Of a stretch of 36,038 nt of DNA, positions 1-13,820 are shown one piece after another. The stretch lies in the NCBI GenBank assembly GCA_030612095.1, contig JAUWOO010000002.1, forward strand, positions 1-36,038. Reading direction: 5' to 3'. The position numbers and the translations under genes were made by a program. Every line of letters begins with the position of its first letter. The stretch's first letter is position 1. This DNA is from Thermoplasmatota archaeon (GTDB lineage Archaea > Thermoplasmatota > E2 > DHVEG-1). A model generated the notes under the pieces. The model worked only from the letters and a program-made list of their open reading frames with translations, was not told where the DNA came from and ran no database searches.

Positions 1-2790
<2,790 letters not shown>

Positions 2791-2946
2791 TCAATTTACG
2801 TCCAGGTTGCGTATGCAATCCATTGCCGTAGCAATGGCAACGATTATCAACAATGATAACTACCTTCTAACAGGCTATCATGTCTACGTTCTTACCAACT
2901 AATTTTTGAGGAGTAGTTAGCGATATTTTTCGATGGAAAATCGTAG

Positions 2947-3018
2947 TGGACCGGATGGGATTTGAACCCATGGCCTCCTGCTTGCAAAGCAGGCGATCTT
3001 CCGCTGATCTACCGGCCC
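2947..3018 (-). tRNA. tRNA-Ala(UGC) in the 16S-23S spacer, CCA not encoded
   Basis: GGGCCGG...CCGGTCC-A acceptor stem with G3:U70; anticodon arm CCTGC-TT-TGC-AA-GCAGG; T-loop GGTTCAAATCC. Confidence 0.97.
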
Positions 3019-3072
3019 AACCTATCTGATAAAATATCAGTCGGTGAGCTGATAGCAGTTAATATATTTTTT

Positions 3073-3105
3073 GATCGACGTATGTTTTTAGTGTTTGGTC
3101 CACCC
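3073..3105 (-). other. 3' arm of 16S pre-rRNA bulge-helix-bulge processing stem
   Basis: Transcript GGGTGGACCAAA-CACT-AAA-AACATACGTCGATC pairs with the 4624-4656 arm. Confidence 0.9.
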
Positions 3106-3119
3106 GGTTTTAATTTCGT

Positions 3120-4587
<1,468 letters not shown>

Positions 4588-4623
4588 CTGGCACACTATT
4601 ATTTATATTAATTTTGAATTGGT

Positions 4624-4656
4624 GGGTGAACCAAAATTCACCAACACACGTCGATC
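4624..4656 (-). other. 5' arm of 16S pre-rRNA bulge-helix-bulge processing stem
   Basis: Transcript GATCGACGTGTGTT-GGTG-AAT-TTTGGTTCACCC gives 14-bp helix / 3-nt bulge / 4-bp helix / 3-nt bulge / 12-bp helix with the 3' arm. Confidence 0.9.
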
Positions 4657-4837
4657 GTCAGATTCAAGAGTGCGCAAAATCCCCCAAAGGGCATCTTGTT
4701 TTTCTTGAACCTCCACATACACTAGCTGTAACCCAAAACTGAAGCAATCCATTCACAGATGTGAGCGATACCTCACCCTCATGGATCGACCGGAAAGGTC
4801 TGGGTCATATACTCGGATTTAAAACGTATATGATAAC

Positions 4838-4856
4838 CCTATATAAAGGTTACATA
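4838..4856 (-). promoter_or_regulatory. Putative rRNA operon promoter (TATA box with upstream BRE-position sequence)
   Basis: Minus strand TATGTAACC-TTTATATA-GG, about 250 nt upstream of the 16S 5' end and just upstream of a structured leader. Confidence 0.55.
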
Positions 4857-5022
4857 GGAAATTTTTGTCGCTGTCACCCAACAACCACAAAAGATAGTAG
4901 GTGCCGGGCGTAATTACATAACCACCCTGTAATACAGCAGAGGGGAAGAAATGCAACTAATATCGCGACATATATTCGATACCATGGTTGTCCTCTTTTT
5001 CATTTCTTGACATTACGTCTGT

Positions 5023-5094
5023 TCGATCAGAGAGGGACCCTATATTGGCATCAATCTGTCGCCTTGACCTTGCCTCTCCAATCATCATAATCAA
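5023..5094 (-). ncRNA. Candidate C/D box sRNA
   Basis: Box C ATGATGA (5082-5088), box D CTGA (5027-5030), possible D'/C' GCGA...TTGATGC, short terminal stem TTGA/TCGA; an 11-nt segment is complementary to this 16S rRNA. Confidence 0.35.
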
Positions 5095-5166
5095 GGAGAT
5101 CTTCGTATCAAGGCAACATAAAGCATCTAAAACGTTACTAATATTGATTTTGGTGAAAATGAGTAC

Positions 5167-5982
5167 TTACTGCCTATATTTGTTCATCTCATTTCTCAGA
5201 GACAATGCAGTATTCCTAGATGAATCGGCAAAATTTTCATCATTTCCAGCAAAAATTATCCCACGAGAGGAGTTTATAATTGCCATTTCTCCCTTTTTAT
5301 TTGTCCCACAGCTTATGGTTTTTTCAACATCCCCGCCTTGTTTACCTATACCAGGTATTAACAAAGGGATATCCTCGCCTAAAATATCGCGTATCGTCCT
5401 TAACTCGTCAGGATATGTGGCACCTACAACTGCCCCACAGTTACCATAACTGTTCCATTCCTTTATTTTACTGGCAACCATCTGATATATGGGGGTTTTT
5501 GAAACCATAATATCCTGAAAATCAACAGCCGAAGGATTAGACGTCCTACAAAGAATGAAACTGCATTTATCTTTATATTCTAGAAATGGCGTAATTCCAT
5601 CTTTTCCCAGATATGGATTTACGGTTGTTGCATCAGCTCCAAACGCCTCAAATATCGACCTAGCATATTTACGAGCAGTATTGCCAATATCATTTCGTTT
5701 TCCATCTAGAATTATAACAATGTTTTTTGGTATATATTCAATTGTCTTTTCCAATAATTCATAACCTTCCTTTCCAAAAACTTCATAAAAAGCCATATTT
5801 AATTTGTAGGCACATACAATATCTTTTGTGGCATTTATAATCGATTTGTTAAAGTCAAAAAGAGGTTTCCTACTAGTTTCAAATAAAAACTTTGGCATCT
5901 TTTCCTTGTCAATATCAAGACCGACACACAATAGACTATTATTTTCACAAACAATATTGTGCAATTTTTCTCTGAAATCCAT
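5167..5982 (-). CDS. pyrF: Orotidine-5'-phosphate decarboxylase (subfamily 2); start placed at ATG 5982 (TTG 5994 possible)
   Basis: Motifs LCVGLD, AYKLNMAFYE, ILDGKRNDIGNT, TVNPYLG, LCRTSNP, GAVVGAT, LIPGIGKQGG, NSSR. Confidence 0.95.
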   Translation of the reverse strand: MDFREKLHNIVCENNSLLCVGLDIDKEKMPKFLFETSRKPLFDFNKSIINATKDIVCAYKLNMAFYEVFGKEGYELLEKTIEYIPKNIVIILDGKRNDIGNTARKYARSIFEAFGADATTVNPYLGKDGITPFLEYKDKCSFILCRTSNPSAVDFQDIMVSKTPIYQMVASKIKEWNSYGNCGAVVGATYPDELRTIRDILGEDIPLLIPGIGKQGGDVEKTISCGTNKKGEMAIINSSRGIIFAGNDENFADSSRNTALSLRNEMNKYRQ

Positions 5983-6085
5983 ATAATTTCCCAATTGTCG
6001 TTAATGTAACTTCGCATATAAAAAGATAGATAAAAGATGATTTTCTAGTTAGATATTTAATGACAGACAGAATACAGCATTTTAG

Positions 6086-7174
6086 ATGAAAGTAATCTAT
6101 GGCGTATGCTCCTGGGGACTTGGACATGCAACAAGATCTCTACCAGTAATACGGAAGTTAATAGATGAGGACAATAAGGTAACAATCATAGCCAACGGTA
6201 GATCTCTAGAATTACTGAAAAAGGAGCTTGGAGAAGATATAGAATATATAGATATACCAGACTACCCAATGCTGCTATCAGAAAACTCACGACAGTTCAT
6301 GGCAAAAAGCGTGATTTATTGGCCATTATTCATAAGAAAAATGCAATCTGGTCTTAGCACACTGACAAAAATGCTAGAAACAAAAGAATGTGACGTTATA
6401 GTATCTGATGCACGATATGACATCTACAGTAAAAAAATCCCCTCATTTTTCATCTCACACCAGATGAGAATAATGAATCCACTTCGCATAAAAATGCTAG
6501 AAACGGGCAGTGAAATATTTAATTTATTTTTCTTTAAACGATTCCGTGGAGTAATAGTACCAGATTATAAAGAAGATAATTTATCTGGAGATCTCTCACA
6601 TAATCTCAAAAAAATTGATGAGGAAAAAATACACTATGTTGGTGTTCTCTCAGATTTTAAAAAGAAACGCACGAAAAAGGACATTGATTATCTAATATCC
6701 ATTTCAGGACCAGAACCACAGAGAACAATGCTTGAAAAAAAACTCTTATCGCAGGTAGATCAACTGGATGGAAACGTTGTCATAACTTTGGGTAAAGCAG
6801 AAAAAAAAGATAATTTGAATAGAAAAAACATCGAAACATATTCATTTTTAACAAAGGAAAAACGAGAGGACTTTTTGAACAGGTCAAAGCTTGTTATCTC
6901 ACGTAGTGGTTATTCTACAATACTAGATTTAACGGTAATAGGTGCAAAAGCATTAATGACTCCCACACCTGGACAGATAGAACAGGAGTATCTGTCACAA
7001 TATCATAACAAAAAAGGCACATTTTATTCGGTAAATCAAAGCGATATATATCTTAAAGAGGACGTAGAGATTGCGAAAAAAACAACAGGAATTAAGAGAA
7101 AGTGTGATGTCAAAAAAACTGTTGAAAATATTATAAACGTAATCTCTTCAACTGAAAAAAGTCCATTTAAATAG
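6086..7174 (+). CDS. GT-B glycosyltransferase, GT28-like / MJ1255-like
   Basis: N-terminal WGLGHATRS; C-terminal VISRSGYSTI and PTPGQIEQEY motifs typical of MurG/GT28 C-terminal domains. Confidence 0.85.
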   Translation: MKVIYGVCSWGLGHATRSLPVIRKLIDEDNKVTIIANGRSLELLKKELGEDIEYIDIPDYPMLLSENSRQFMAKSVIYWPLFIRKMQSGLSTLTKMLETKECDVIVSDARYDIYSKKIPSFFISHQMRIMNPLRIKMLETGSEIFNLFFFKRFRGVIVPDYKEDNLSGDLSHNLKKIDEEKIHYVGVLSDFKKKRTKKDIDYLISISGPEPQRTMLEKKLLSQVDQLDGNVVITLGKAEKKDNLNRKNIETYSFLTKEKREDFLNRSKLVISRSGYSTILDLTVIGAKALMTPTPGQIEQEYLSQYHNKKGTFYSVNQSDIYLKEDVEIAKKTTGIKRKCDVKKTVENIINVISSTEKSPFK

Positions 7175-7232
7175 GATTATTTTATTAGGGTGGAGAATAT
7201 ATACAACAAATATACGCTGTGAGAGGAGAAGG

Positions 7233-9083
7233 TTGGAAATCATTTCAAAATTAAGAGAAATCACAAAAAACTGGGTTTTCTGGTTAATTCTGGTTACAGG
7301 TATCGCTATAATTGTAAGATCACTACCTGCCTGGACCAATGCTGCATGGGGATGCGATTTTGGGATATATTACAGCCTTACAAACTCGCTTGTAGAAAGT
7401 GGAGAGTTGTTTAATTCCTATTATGGATGGGGCGGTTCTTATCAATACTTCCCAGTATTGTATGCCATAACTGGTGTTGCTCATTGGGTCACTGGAATAG
7501 ATGTGCTTACTATCATGCCAAAGATTGCTCCCATTTTTGGCGGTCTCTCAATAATGGTTTTTTACTTTATTGTACGTGAATTGACAGGTAACAAAAAAAT
7601 GGCTATACTTTCCAGTCTGCTTCTTGCAGTACTGCCATTTCATGCCTATCAGACAAGCCATGCATCACCTTTGACAATGGGACATTTCTTCATGATGCTT
7701 TCAATATATCTCTTTATAAAATATCGACAGGATTTCAGATACATAATTCCATTATTTATCTCCACGATACTTTTGATAATGTCCCATCATCTGACAACAT
7801 ACTTCTATCTCATTTCTCTAGTGTTTATTGTATTTGTTGAAAATGCAAGCAGAAAAGAATGGGCACCTTCCTTGAAGCTTGATGTTCCGTATATTTTATT
7901 GGCAAGTGGCCTTATATTTTCCTATTGGGCATTTATCGCAACTCCGGTATATGAAAGTTTTATGAACACAGGAATCGCATTAGGATCAATGTCAATAGAA
8001 TCTAACGTTACAATAGCTCTATTTTATATGTTGTTTTTTTCATCGTTTGGAGTCATTTGGTTAAAAAGAAGGTTTAATATATTCTTTGAAAGGGAAGATG
8101 CTACTGTCAACTCTTGCATAGTGAAGTTTTCAATAACATTGATAATAGGTCTAACAGCAATGGGCATTTTTTCAATATTTAAGATGCCGTGGACAAACTT
8201 CAGTTTAACACCTCTTTCGATAATATATTCTATACCTTTACTCCTCATTTTTGGATTTGGAGTTGCGGGTTTTAGACACACCCAATTCATAAAGAACGGT
8301 TTTTTTATCCGCGGATGGCTTATGGCGATACTATTATCATTTACATATGGGCTAGTAACCAATAGTTGGACACTATATCCCCATAGACATCTTGAATATA
8401 TGATGGCGCCCCTAAGTATAATGTCAATATATGGCATAAGAAGCATTTTTTTAAATCTAAATTACGAATCACTGTCAAAAAGGATTAGAAAAATTCCACA
8501 TGCTAGCACACAATTACTCAGCCAGTCTAGAAAAACAAGACTTGTGAAGAAACGTCAACTAGCATATATGTTTGTAGTAATCGTACTTGTCACAACAAAC
8601 GCTGTATCGATTTATCCCTCTCACGTAGCACTAAATGCATCATATGAAGTAATAACTAGTGAAAATCTATCTGTGACAGAATGGATGAAAGAAAACCTGG
8701 ATAAAAATAATAGTGTAACCGCTTCAGATCATCGTCTTGCAAGGATAGTAGAGGCAGTTGGATTTAACACAACACTAGATGAAACGATTATAATATGGGA
8801 TGCTGAAAATCTATCTGACTATATTGACGAGTTGCACGGCATTGGCAAAAACCATAGTAGAATCACACATATAGTAATCGATGACATAATGAGAGAAAGA
8901 GTTGTGCATGTTGGATTTGGAAAAATTGTATACATGACAAATGAATCCTATGACAAATTTCATTCTCAACCTTTTGAACTTGCATACAGAAACGCGACAA
9001 TAGATCAAAACATGGAAGAAATTCATTGGACAGAGCTATATAGCATAAACTGGACATACATTGAAGGGTTATCTTTGACATAA
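7233..9083 (+). CDS. Polytopic membrane protein, probable GT-C fold glycosyltransferase
   Basis: About a dozen hydrophobic helices; first-loop WGCDFGIY, then YFPVLY, SHHLTT and RHLEY motifs; soluble C-terminal domain; RBS AGGAG before the TTG start. Confidence 0.65.
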   Translation: MEIISKLREITKNWVFWLILVTGIAIIVRSLPAWTNAAWGCDFGIYYSLTNSLVESGELFNSYYGWGGSYQYFPVLYAITGVAHWVTGIDVLTIMPKIAPIFGGLSIMVFYFIVRELTGNKKMAILSSLLLAVLPFHAYQTSHASPLTMGHFFMMLSIYLFIKYRQDFRYIIPLFISTILLIMSHHLTTYFYLISLVFIVFVENASRKEWAPSLKLDVPYILLASGLIFSYWAFIATPVYESFMNTGIALGSMSIESNVTIALFYMLFFSSFGVIWLKRRFNIFFEREDATVNSCIVKFSITLIIGLTAMGIFSIFKMPWTNFSLTPLSIIYSIPLLLIFGFGVAGFRHTQFIKNGFFIRGWLMAILLSFTYGLVTNSWTLYPHRHLEYMMAPLSIMSIYGIRSIFLNLNYESLSKRIRKIPHASTQLLSQSRKTRLVKKRQLAYMFVVIVLVTTNAVSIYPSHVALNASYEVITSENLSVTEWMKENLDKNNSVTASDHRLARIVEAVGFNTTLDETIIIWDAENLSDYIDELHGIGKNHSRITHIVIDDIMRERVVHVGFGKIVYMTNESYDKFHSQPFELAYRNATIDQNMEEIHWTELYSINWTYIEGLSLT

Positions 9084-9110
9084 ATTTAATAGTAAAATGT
9101 TTTGATGATC

Positions 9111-10214
9111 ATGAACATAGTGGAGATAACAACATACAAGGAGGGTGGGATATACACCCACGTATCAGAACTTGTAAAAAGAATGAATGCAAACACAGTA
9201 CTTATCAGCGGAAATACAAAAAAATCAGGATATCAGAAAGAAAATGGACAAACGTTTTTTCATATACCTTCCATACTATCAATCTGGGAAATTTATTTCA
9301 TAAATCCGCCGGGATCCTATGAAAAAATAAAAGAATTAATCAATAAACATGAAATCGATCTCGTGCACCTCCATGGACCGCTCTTCACATTTTGCGGCGG
9401 AGTGATGAGAAAAACAAAGTTGCCCTGCATCATGACTACACACTATGTATTGGATTTTAAAGGAAATAAACTAATGGAATCCTTATACCGAGGAGTTATA
9501 AAATGGGTGACAAGATCGGCAGCAAAAAAGGTTGATAAAATTATTTGTGTCAATGAAGACTATATACCAATATATACCAGTTGGGGCATCGATCGAGATA
9601 AAATTGTCTATATCCCTAACGGCATCGATACTGAAAAATTTTCTCCTGGAAACTCAGACATAAAAAAGAAACTGAAATGTAAAAATCTATTAGTTTTCTG
9701 GGGGAGACTTGGATATCAAAAAAACATCCAAATTCTAATCAAAGCGTTCAAAAATATTAATACACCCGACACAAAAATGGTTATAATTGGAAAGGGGCCA
9801 GATATAAAAAAACTGAAAGCTCTTACCAATGGAGACAAAAACATTATTTTCACTGGTTACTTGTCAGATGATGAATTGTTAAATTATGCGCGAGGGGCAG
9901 ATGTGGCAGTTCTCCCATCAAGAGCCGAAAGTTGGGGCCTAGTAATTGGAGAAGCAATGGCCTGTGGATTACCGGTGATCTCCTCCAATGTTGGAAAAGC
10001 AGGAGAGCTTCTTGGAGAAGATAGAGGTTTAATTCTAGAAGGAGACACGGTATCTGAACTATCGGGAAAAATTGATTATTTATTAAACAACAAACAAATA
10101 GCAAAAGAGATGGGTATACGATCGCAGAAATTCATAGTTGAAAATTACGGGTGGGATGAAGTAGCGCAAAAAACAGAAGAATTATGTAAAACAATAATTA
10201 GAGAATGGAAATGA
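9111..10214 (+). CDS. Glycosyltransferase family 4 (copy 1)
   Basis: GG after the first strand, IPNGID, GRLGYQKN, PSRAESWGLVIGEAMACGLPVI (EX7E). Start chosen by alignment with its paralog (9102/9105 possible). Confidence 0.92.
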   Translation: MNIVEITTYKEGGIYTHVSELVKRMNANTVLISGNTKKSGYQKENGQTFFHIPSILSIWEIYFINPPGSYEKIKELINKHEIDLVHLHGPLFTFCGGVMRKTKLPCIMTTHYVLDFKGNKLMESLYRGVIKWVTRSAAKKVDKIICVNEDYIPIYTSWGIDRDKIVYIPNGIDTEKFSPGNSDIKKKLKCKNLLVFWGRLGYQKNIQILIKAFKNINTPDTKMVIIGKGPDIKKLKALTNGDKNIIFTGYLSDDELLNYARGADVAVLPSRAESWGLVIGEAMACGLPVISSNVGKAGELLGEDRGLILEGDTVSELSGKIDYLLNNKQIAKEMGIRSQKFIVENYGWDEVAQKTEELCKTIIREWK

Positions 10215-10282
10215 AATACAGCCCATTAAATCAATATATAGAAAAAAATAAAGAGAATCCTAGCGTTTGCTTTTTTGATATT

Positions 10283-11398
10283 GTGAATATTGCAGAGATA
10301 ACAACATACAAGGAGGGTGGGGCATATACACACGTAGTAGAGCTGGCAATGAGAATAAACGCAGATGTCCTAATTGTCTGCGGCAATACAAATAAAGTGG
10401 GATATCAAAGAGAGGAAGATTACACATTTTTTCACATACCACTCCTTGCATCAGTTTGGGATATTTTTTTTATAAATAAGATAGGCTCCTACAAAAAATT
10501 TAAAGAATTGCTAAAAAGGGACAAAATAGACCTTGTCCATTTTCACAGCCCACTCTTTACCTTTCCTATAGGATTATTGAGGGAGAAGAATTATCCACTC
10601 ATAATGACAACTCACTATCTTCTCGATGTAAAAGCAAACAAACTTGCTGCATCAATTTACCACGAATTTATAAAGTGGACTACTAAATTTATAGCGAAAA
10701 ACGTCGACAAGATTATCTGCGTTAACGAAGATTACATCCCTGTTTTTTTGAGTTGGGGCATTGATCGAGATAAACTTACTTATATCCCAAATGGCGTAGA
10801 TACAAAGAAATTTTCACCAGGGAAATCAAATGCTAAAATGAAATTTAGAAATGACAAATTGATAGTTTATTTCGGCAGGTTGCACTACCAAAAGAATATA
10901 GATATGCTCATCAGAAGTTTCAAATATATTAAAGACAAAGTCGATGATGTAAAACTAGTTATCATTGGCGACGGGACAGACTTTGATAAACTTAAAAAAA
11001 TGAGTTTGCACGATAAAGACATTATTATGACTGGTTTTTTACCGGATGAAGATTTGATAGATTACCTAAGAGCTGCAGATCTTGTGGTTTTTCCGTCCAG
11101 GGGAGAAAATGCAAGTTTTACACTACTTGAAGCAATGGCATGTGGCATTCCAGTCATATCTTCTGATGTTGGAAATGCAAAAAATCTTCTAGCGGATGGT
11201 AGAGGGGTGCTACTTGAAAAATATACAGAGAAAGAAATAGCCGAAAAATGCATATCTCTGTTGAAGAATAAAGAAAAAGCTGAAAAAATGGGAGGGAAAT
11301 CAAGAACATTCGTACAGCAAAACTACAGTTGGGGGAAAATATCTAAAAAAACAGAGGAATTATACAAAACATTAATCGAGGAGAGAAAAGAAAAATAG
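10283..11398 (+). CDS. Glycosyltransferase family 4 (copy 2, tandem paralog)
   Basis: IPNGVD, GRLHYQKN, PSRGENASFTLLEAMACGIPVI. GTG 10283 gives NIAEITTYKEGG, matching the copy 1 start MNIVEITTYKEGG; the ORF-track start 10205 is probably too long. Confidence 0.9.
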   Translation: MNIAEITTYKEGGAYTHVVELAMRINADVLIVCGNTNKVGYQREEDYTFFHIPLLASVWDIFFINKIGSYKKFKELLKRDKIDLVHFHSPLFTFPIGLLREKNYPLIMTTHYLLDVKANKLAASIYHEFIKWTTKFIAKNVDKIICVNEDYIPVFLSWGIDRDKLTYIPNGVDTKKFSPGKSNAKMKFRNDKLIVYFGRLHYQKNIDMLIRSFKYIKDKVDDVKLVIIGDGTDFDKLKKMSLHDKDIIMTGFLPDEDLIDYLRAADLVVFPSRGENASFTLLEAMACGIPVISSDVGNAKNLLADGRGVLLEKYTEKEIAEKCISLLKNKEKAEKMGGKSRTFVQQNYSWGKISKKTEELYKTLIEERKEK

Positions 11399-11413
11399 TA
11401 ATCTTCTTATGTA

Positions 11414-12373
11414 TCACTTAAAAAGATACGGGCTCAACGAGGAAATAAACGAAGATGGAGAAGTAAATACATCAGTCGCAAAATATTGATACCAACCGCA
11501 GCGTTTTGTACAGTTTTTCATATCTTGTCTTGCCTTCTTTGCCTCATCCGATTTTACGAAATCCATAACTGAGCCCTCAGTGAAATTGTAGAGTCTTTTA
11601 CCAACAGTTCTACATGGATAAAAAAGTCCGCCATCAGAATCAATAATAACTGAAGATGTAGAGCACCCATGCAGCTTGTTAATATTATCCAAAAATCCTT
11701 TTGGTGTCGTAATGGTATTTCTATACTTCTTCTTCAGCCTGATTATTTCCTCCCTGAACTTCCCAGAATCAGGATAATAATCATCTGTTCCTTCTAGATG
11801 ACATGCTGGCATTATCACAGTCCTTGCACCTACTTCATATACTCTTTTAACCTTTTCTTCTATCGCATCCACTGTATCCTTTGTGACAACTATTTGGATG
11901 CATATCTCTGGGCCGTAGCTTTGAAATTCCTCAAGTCGCTCAAAGAACTCAAGATTATCATGCCCTTCATCTATGCTTATGTGAAGATAATCAATGTTTT
12001 TACCATATTCTTCCATAGGTCTCTTGTCAAGCAGATGTCCATTAGTAGTAAAAAATAGGTAAAATGGCTTTTTATAGGCATATTCTAGAATCTCACCTAG
12101 GTCTTTTCTCATTAGAGGGTCACCTCCTTCAAGACTTAGGAGTGTAATACTAGAGTTCCCAAGATTATCCAACACTTTGAAAACATCCTCTTTGGAAAGA
12201 TCTGGTGTTTTTTCCATCCACACATTACAAAAACTACATTTTAGCGTACACTTATGTGTGATTTTAAACGAGGCGTAAAATGGATATATGCTTTCACCTG
12301 CCAAATAATTTGAAAAAGCACAGCCTGCCGTTTTTAGATATTTCCCAAGAGGTAATTTTTCCATAGAAACCAC
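11414..12373 (-). CDS. Radical SAM enzyme with C-terminal SPASM/twitch-like Cys cluster (PTO1314-family-like)
   Basis: CTLKCSFC (CX3CX2C), EGGDPLMR, TTNG, ISID; C-terminal GC...DGGLFYPC...CTKRC. ATG 12364 is an alternative start. Confidence 0.9.
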   Translation of the reverse strand: MVSMEKLPLGKYLKTAGCAFSNYLAGESIYPFYASFKITHKCTLKCSFCNVWMEKTPDLSKEDVFKVLDNLGNSSITLLSLEGGDPLMRKDLGEILEYAYKKPFYLFFTTNGHLLDKRPMEEYGKNIDYLHISIDEGHDNLEFFERLEEFQSYGPEICIQIVVTKDTVDAIEEKVKRVYEVGARTVIMPACHLEGTDDYYPDSGKFREEIIRLKKKYRNTITTPKGFLDNINKLHGCSTSSVIIDSDGGLFYPCRTVGKRLYNFTEGSVMDFVKSDEAKKARQDMKNCTKRCGWYQYFATDVFTSPSSFISSLSPYLFK

Positions 12374-12511
12374 AGATTATTCCTGGACAATATGTTACTA
12401 CAGATAAGGTTTTTTGTTTATTTTACCAAATGCTTTACTCAAGATAGTTGGCCGTACTCCATCGTTGAAATAACCATAAGAGAAATATATCATCCTTGAA
12501 ATAACGGTAAT

Positions 12512-13579
12512 GTGGACAAAGAAGAAAAAAAACCTAAAACAATGAAACTTTCCATCATACTCAGTCTCATATTAAGTATATCAATTATTGTACTAATTTT
12601 GTATTTTACAATTGATGCAGAAACGTTTGAGTATTTATCAACTCACCAGATACGGTACGAATTTTTCTTTGCTGCAATGGGGATCAATGTTATCTACTGG
12701 ACTCTGTGGGGCACCAGACTTAAGATATTGAGCAATGCCATCGATAAAAATGTAAATATAAGTCTATGGGAATCAACAAAAATAGTCATTGCAAATCTAT
12801 TTTTAGCAAATATAACTCCATCAATGGCAGGTGGAGAACCAGTAAGAATCTATCTTTTGAACAAAAACGGTTTGAGTATCGGCGGTGCAACTGCATCAGT
12901 ACTAGGCGAACGATTACTAGATGCAATGTTCCTTCTTCTATGCGTTCCATTCGCCCTTTTTGTTTTTGGAAAGCATATAGATACAGGTCCACTGAGAATT
13001 GGACTGACAATAGCAATAGTCATTTTTATACTGGCAGTAATAGCATTTGCATATGCGCTAAAAAATCCTAAAAAAACAAAATCATTTTTGATTTTTTTAA
13101 GTAAAAAACTTAGTAGATTTTCCAAGAAGAAAGACAGTGAAAATACAATCATAGATAGAATAAACAGCGAAGTAGATAACTTTCATGATAGTATGGTCTT
13201 TTTTCTTTCTGACGGGAAAAAAGCATTTATAAAAGCAGGTATTCTTACTGCCATTTTTTGGATAACAGGCTGGACGATCCCACCACTCATCCTCATGGGT
13301 CTCGGCCTCGAACCTTTTATAATCGAATCATGTGCGATCCAAGTATTGCTCATCATAATTGTTATGATGCCGACAACTCCTGGAAGTGCAGGCATCACAG
13401 AGGGAAGTACTGCAGCCCTTTACAGTGTACTTATAGGTTCCCCTCTAATAGGAGTCTTTGTTCTCTTGTTTAGATTCATAACATACCATATGGGCCTTAT
13501 TGTAGGAGCAATATTCCAATATAGAATATTCAAATCAGTTGCATCATTTTCATTAGACACCATCAAAAAACAAAAATAG
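12512..13579 (+). CDS. Flippase-like protein, lysylphosphatidylglycerol synthase TM-region (UPF0104) family
   Basis: NITPSMAGGEPVRIYLL, ERLLD, PTTPGSAGITEG, LFRFITY motifs; multiple TM helices. Confidence 0.88.
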   Translation: MDKEEKKPKTMKLSIILSLILSISIIVLILYFTIDAETFEYLSTHQIRYEFFFAAMGINVIYWTLWGTRLKILSNAIDKNVNISLWESTKIVIANLFLANITPSMAGGEPVRIYLLNKNGLSIGGATASVLGERLLDAMFLLLCVPFALFVFGKHIDTGPLRIGLTIAIVIFILAVIAFAYALKNPKKTKSFLIFLSKKLSRFSKKKDSENTIIDRINSEVDNFHDSMVFFLSDGKKAFIKAGILTAIFWITGWTIPPLILMGLGLEPFIIESCAIQVLLIIIVMMPTTPGSAGITEGSTAALYSVLIGSPLIGVFVLLFRFITYHMGLIVGAIFQYRIFKSVASFSLDTIKKQK

Positions 13580-13642
13580 CGATTTTTAAGGAGATGGGCG
13601 GCCGTCACATTTTAATAATAGATATGTTATTCAGCAAATTCT

Positions 13643-13807
13643 ATGAAAAAGGCAGAAAAATGTATTTCATGCGGAAAAGGACTGCTTGAACGAGGATCGG
13701 TAACATTTCCATGTCCAATGTGCGATGCAGTCATCGGAAGATGCAACGGCTGCAGAGAACAAAGTGTGAAGTATGTCTGTCAACAATGTGGATTTACAGG
13801 ACCTTAA
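13643..13807 (+). CDS. Zinc-ribbon microprotein (HVO_2753/DUF1610 family), 54 aa, absent from ORF track
   Basis: MKKAEKCISCGKGLLERGSVTFPCPMCDAVIGRCNGCREQSVKYVCQQCGFTGP: four CxxC motifs and a C-terminal GFxGP; conserved position before EF-1beta. Confidence 0.93.
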   Translation: MKKAEKCISCGKGLLERGSVTFPCPMCDAVIGRCNGCREQSVKYVCQQCGFTGP

Positions 13808-13820
13808 GGAGGAAATACAT

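Noticed and set aside
4874..5119. Minus-strand frame interrupted only by TGA codons (MLP*YEDLLDYDDWRGKVKATD*...KRGQPWYRIYVAILVAF...), suggesting Sec or recoding
   Set aside because: No recognisable family or SECIS; TGA serves as a normal stop elsewhere in the window; chance is the simpler explanation.
4988..5449. 153-aa plus-strand ORF
   Set aside because: Mostly the in-register antisense shadow of pyrF; no motif.
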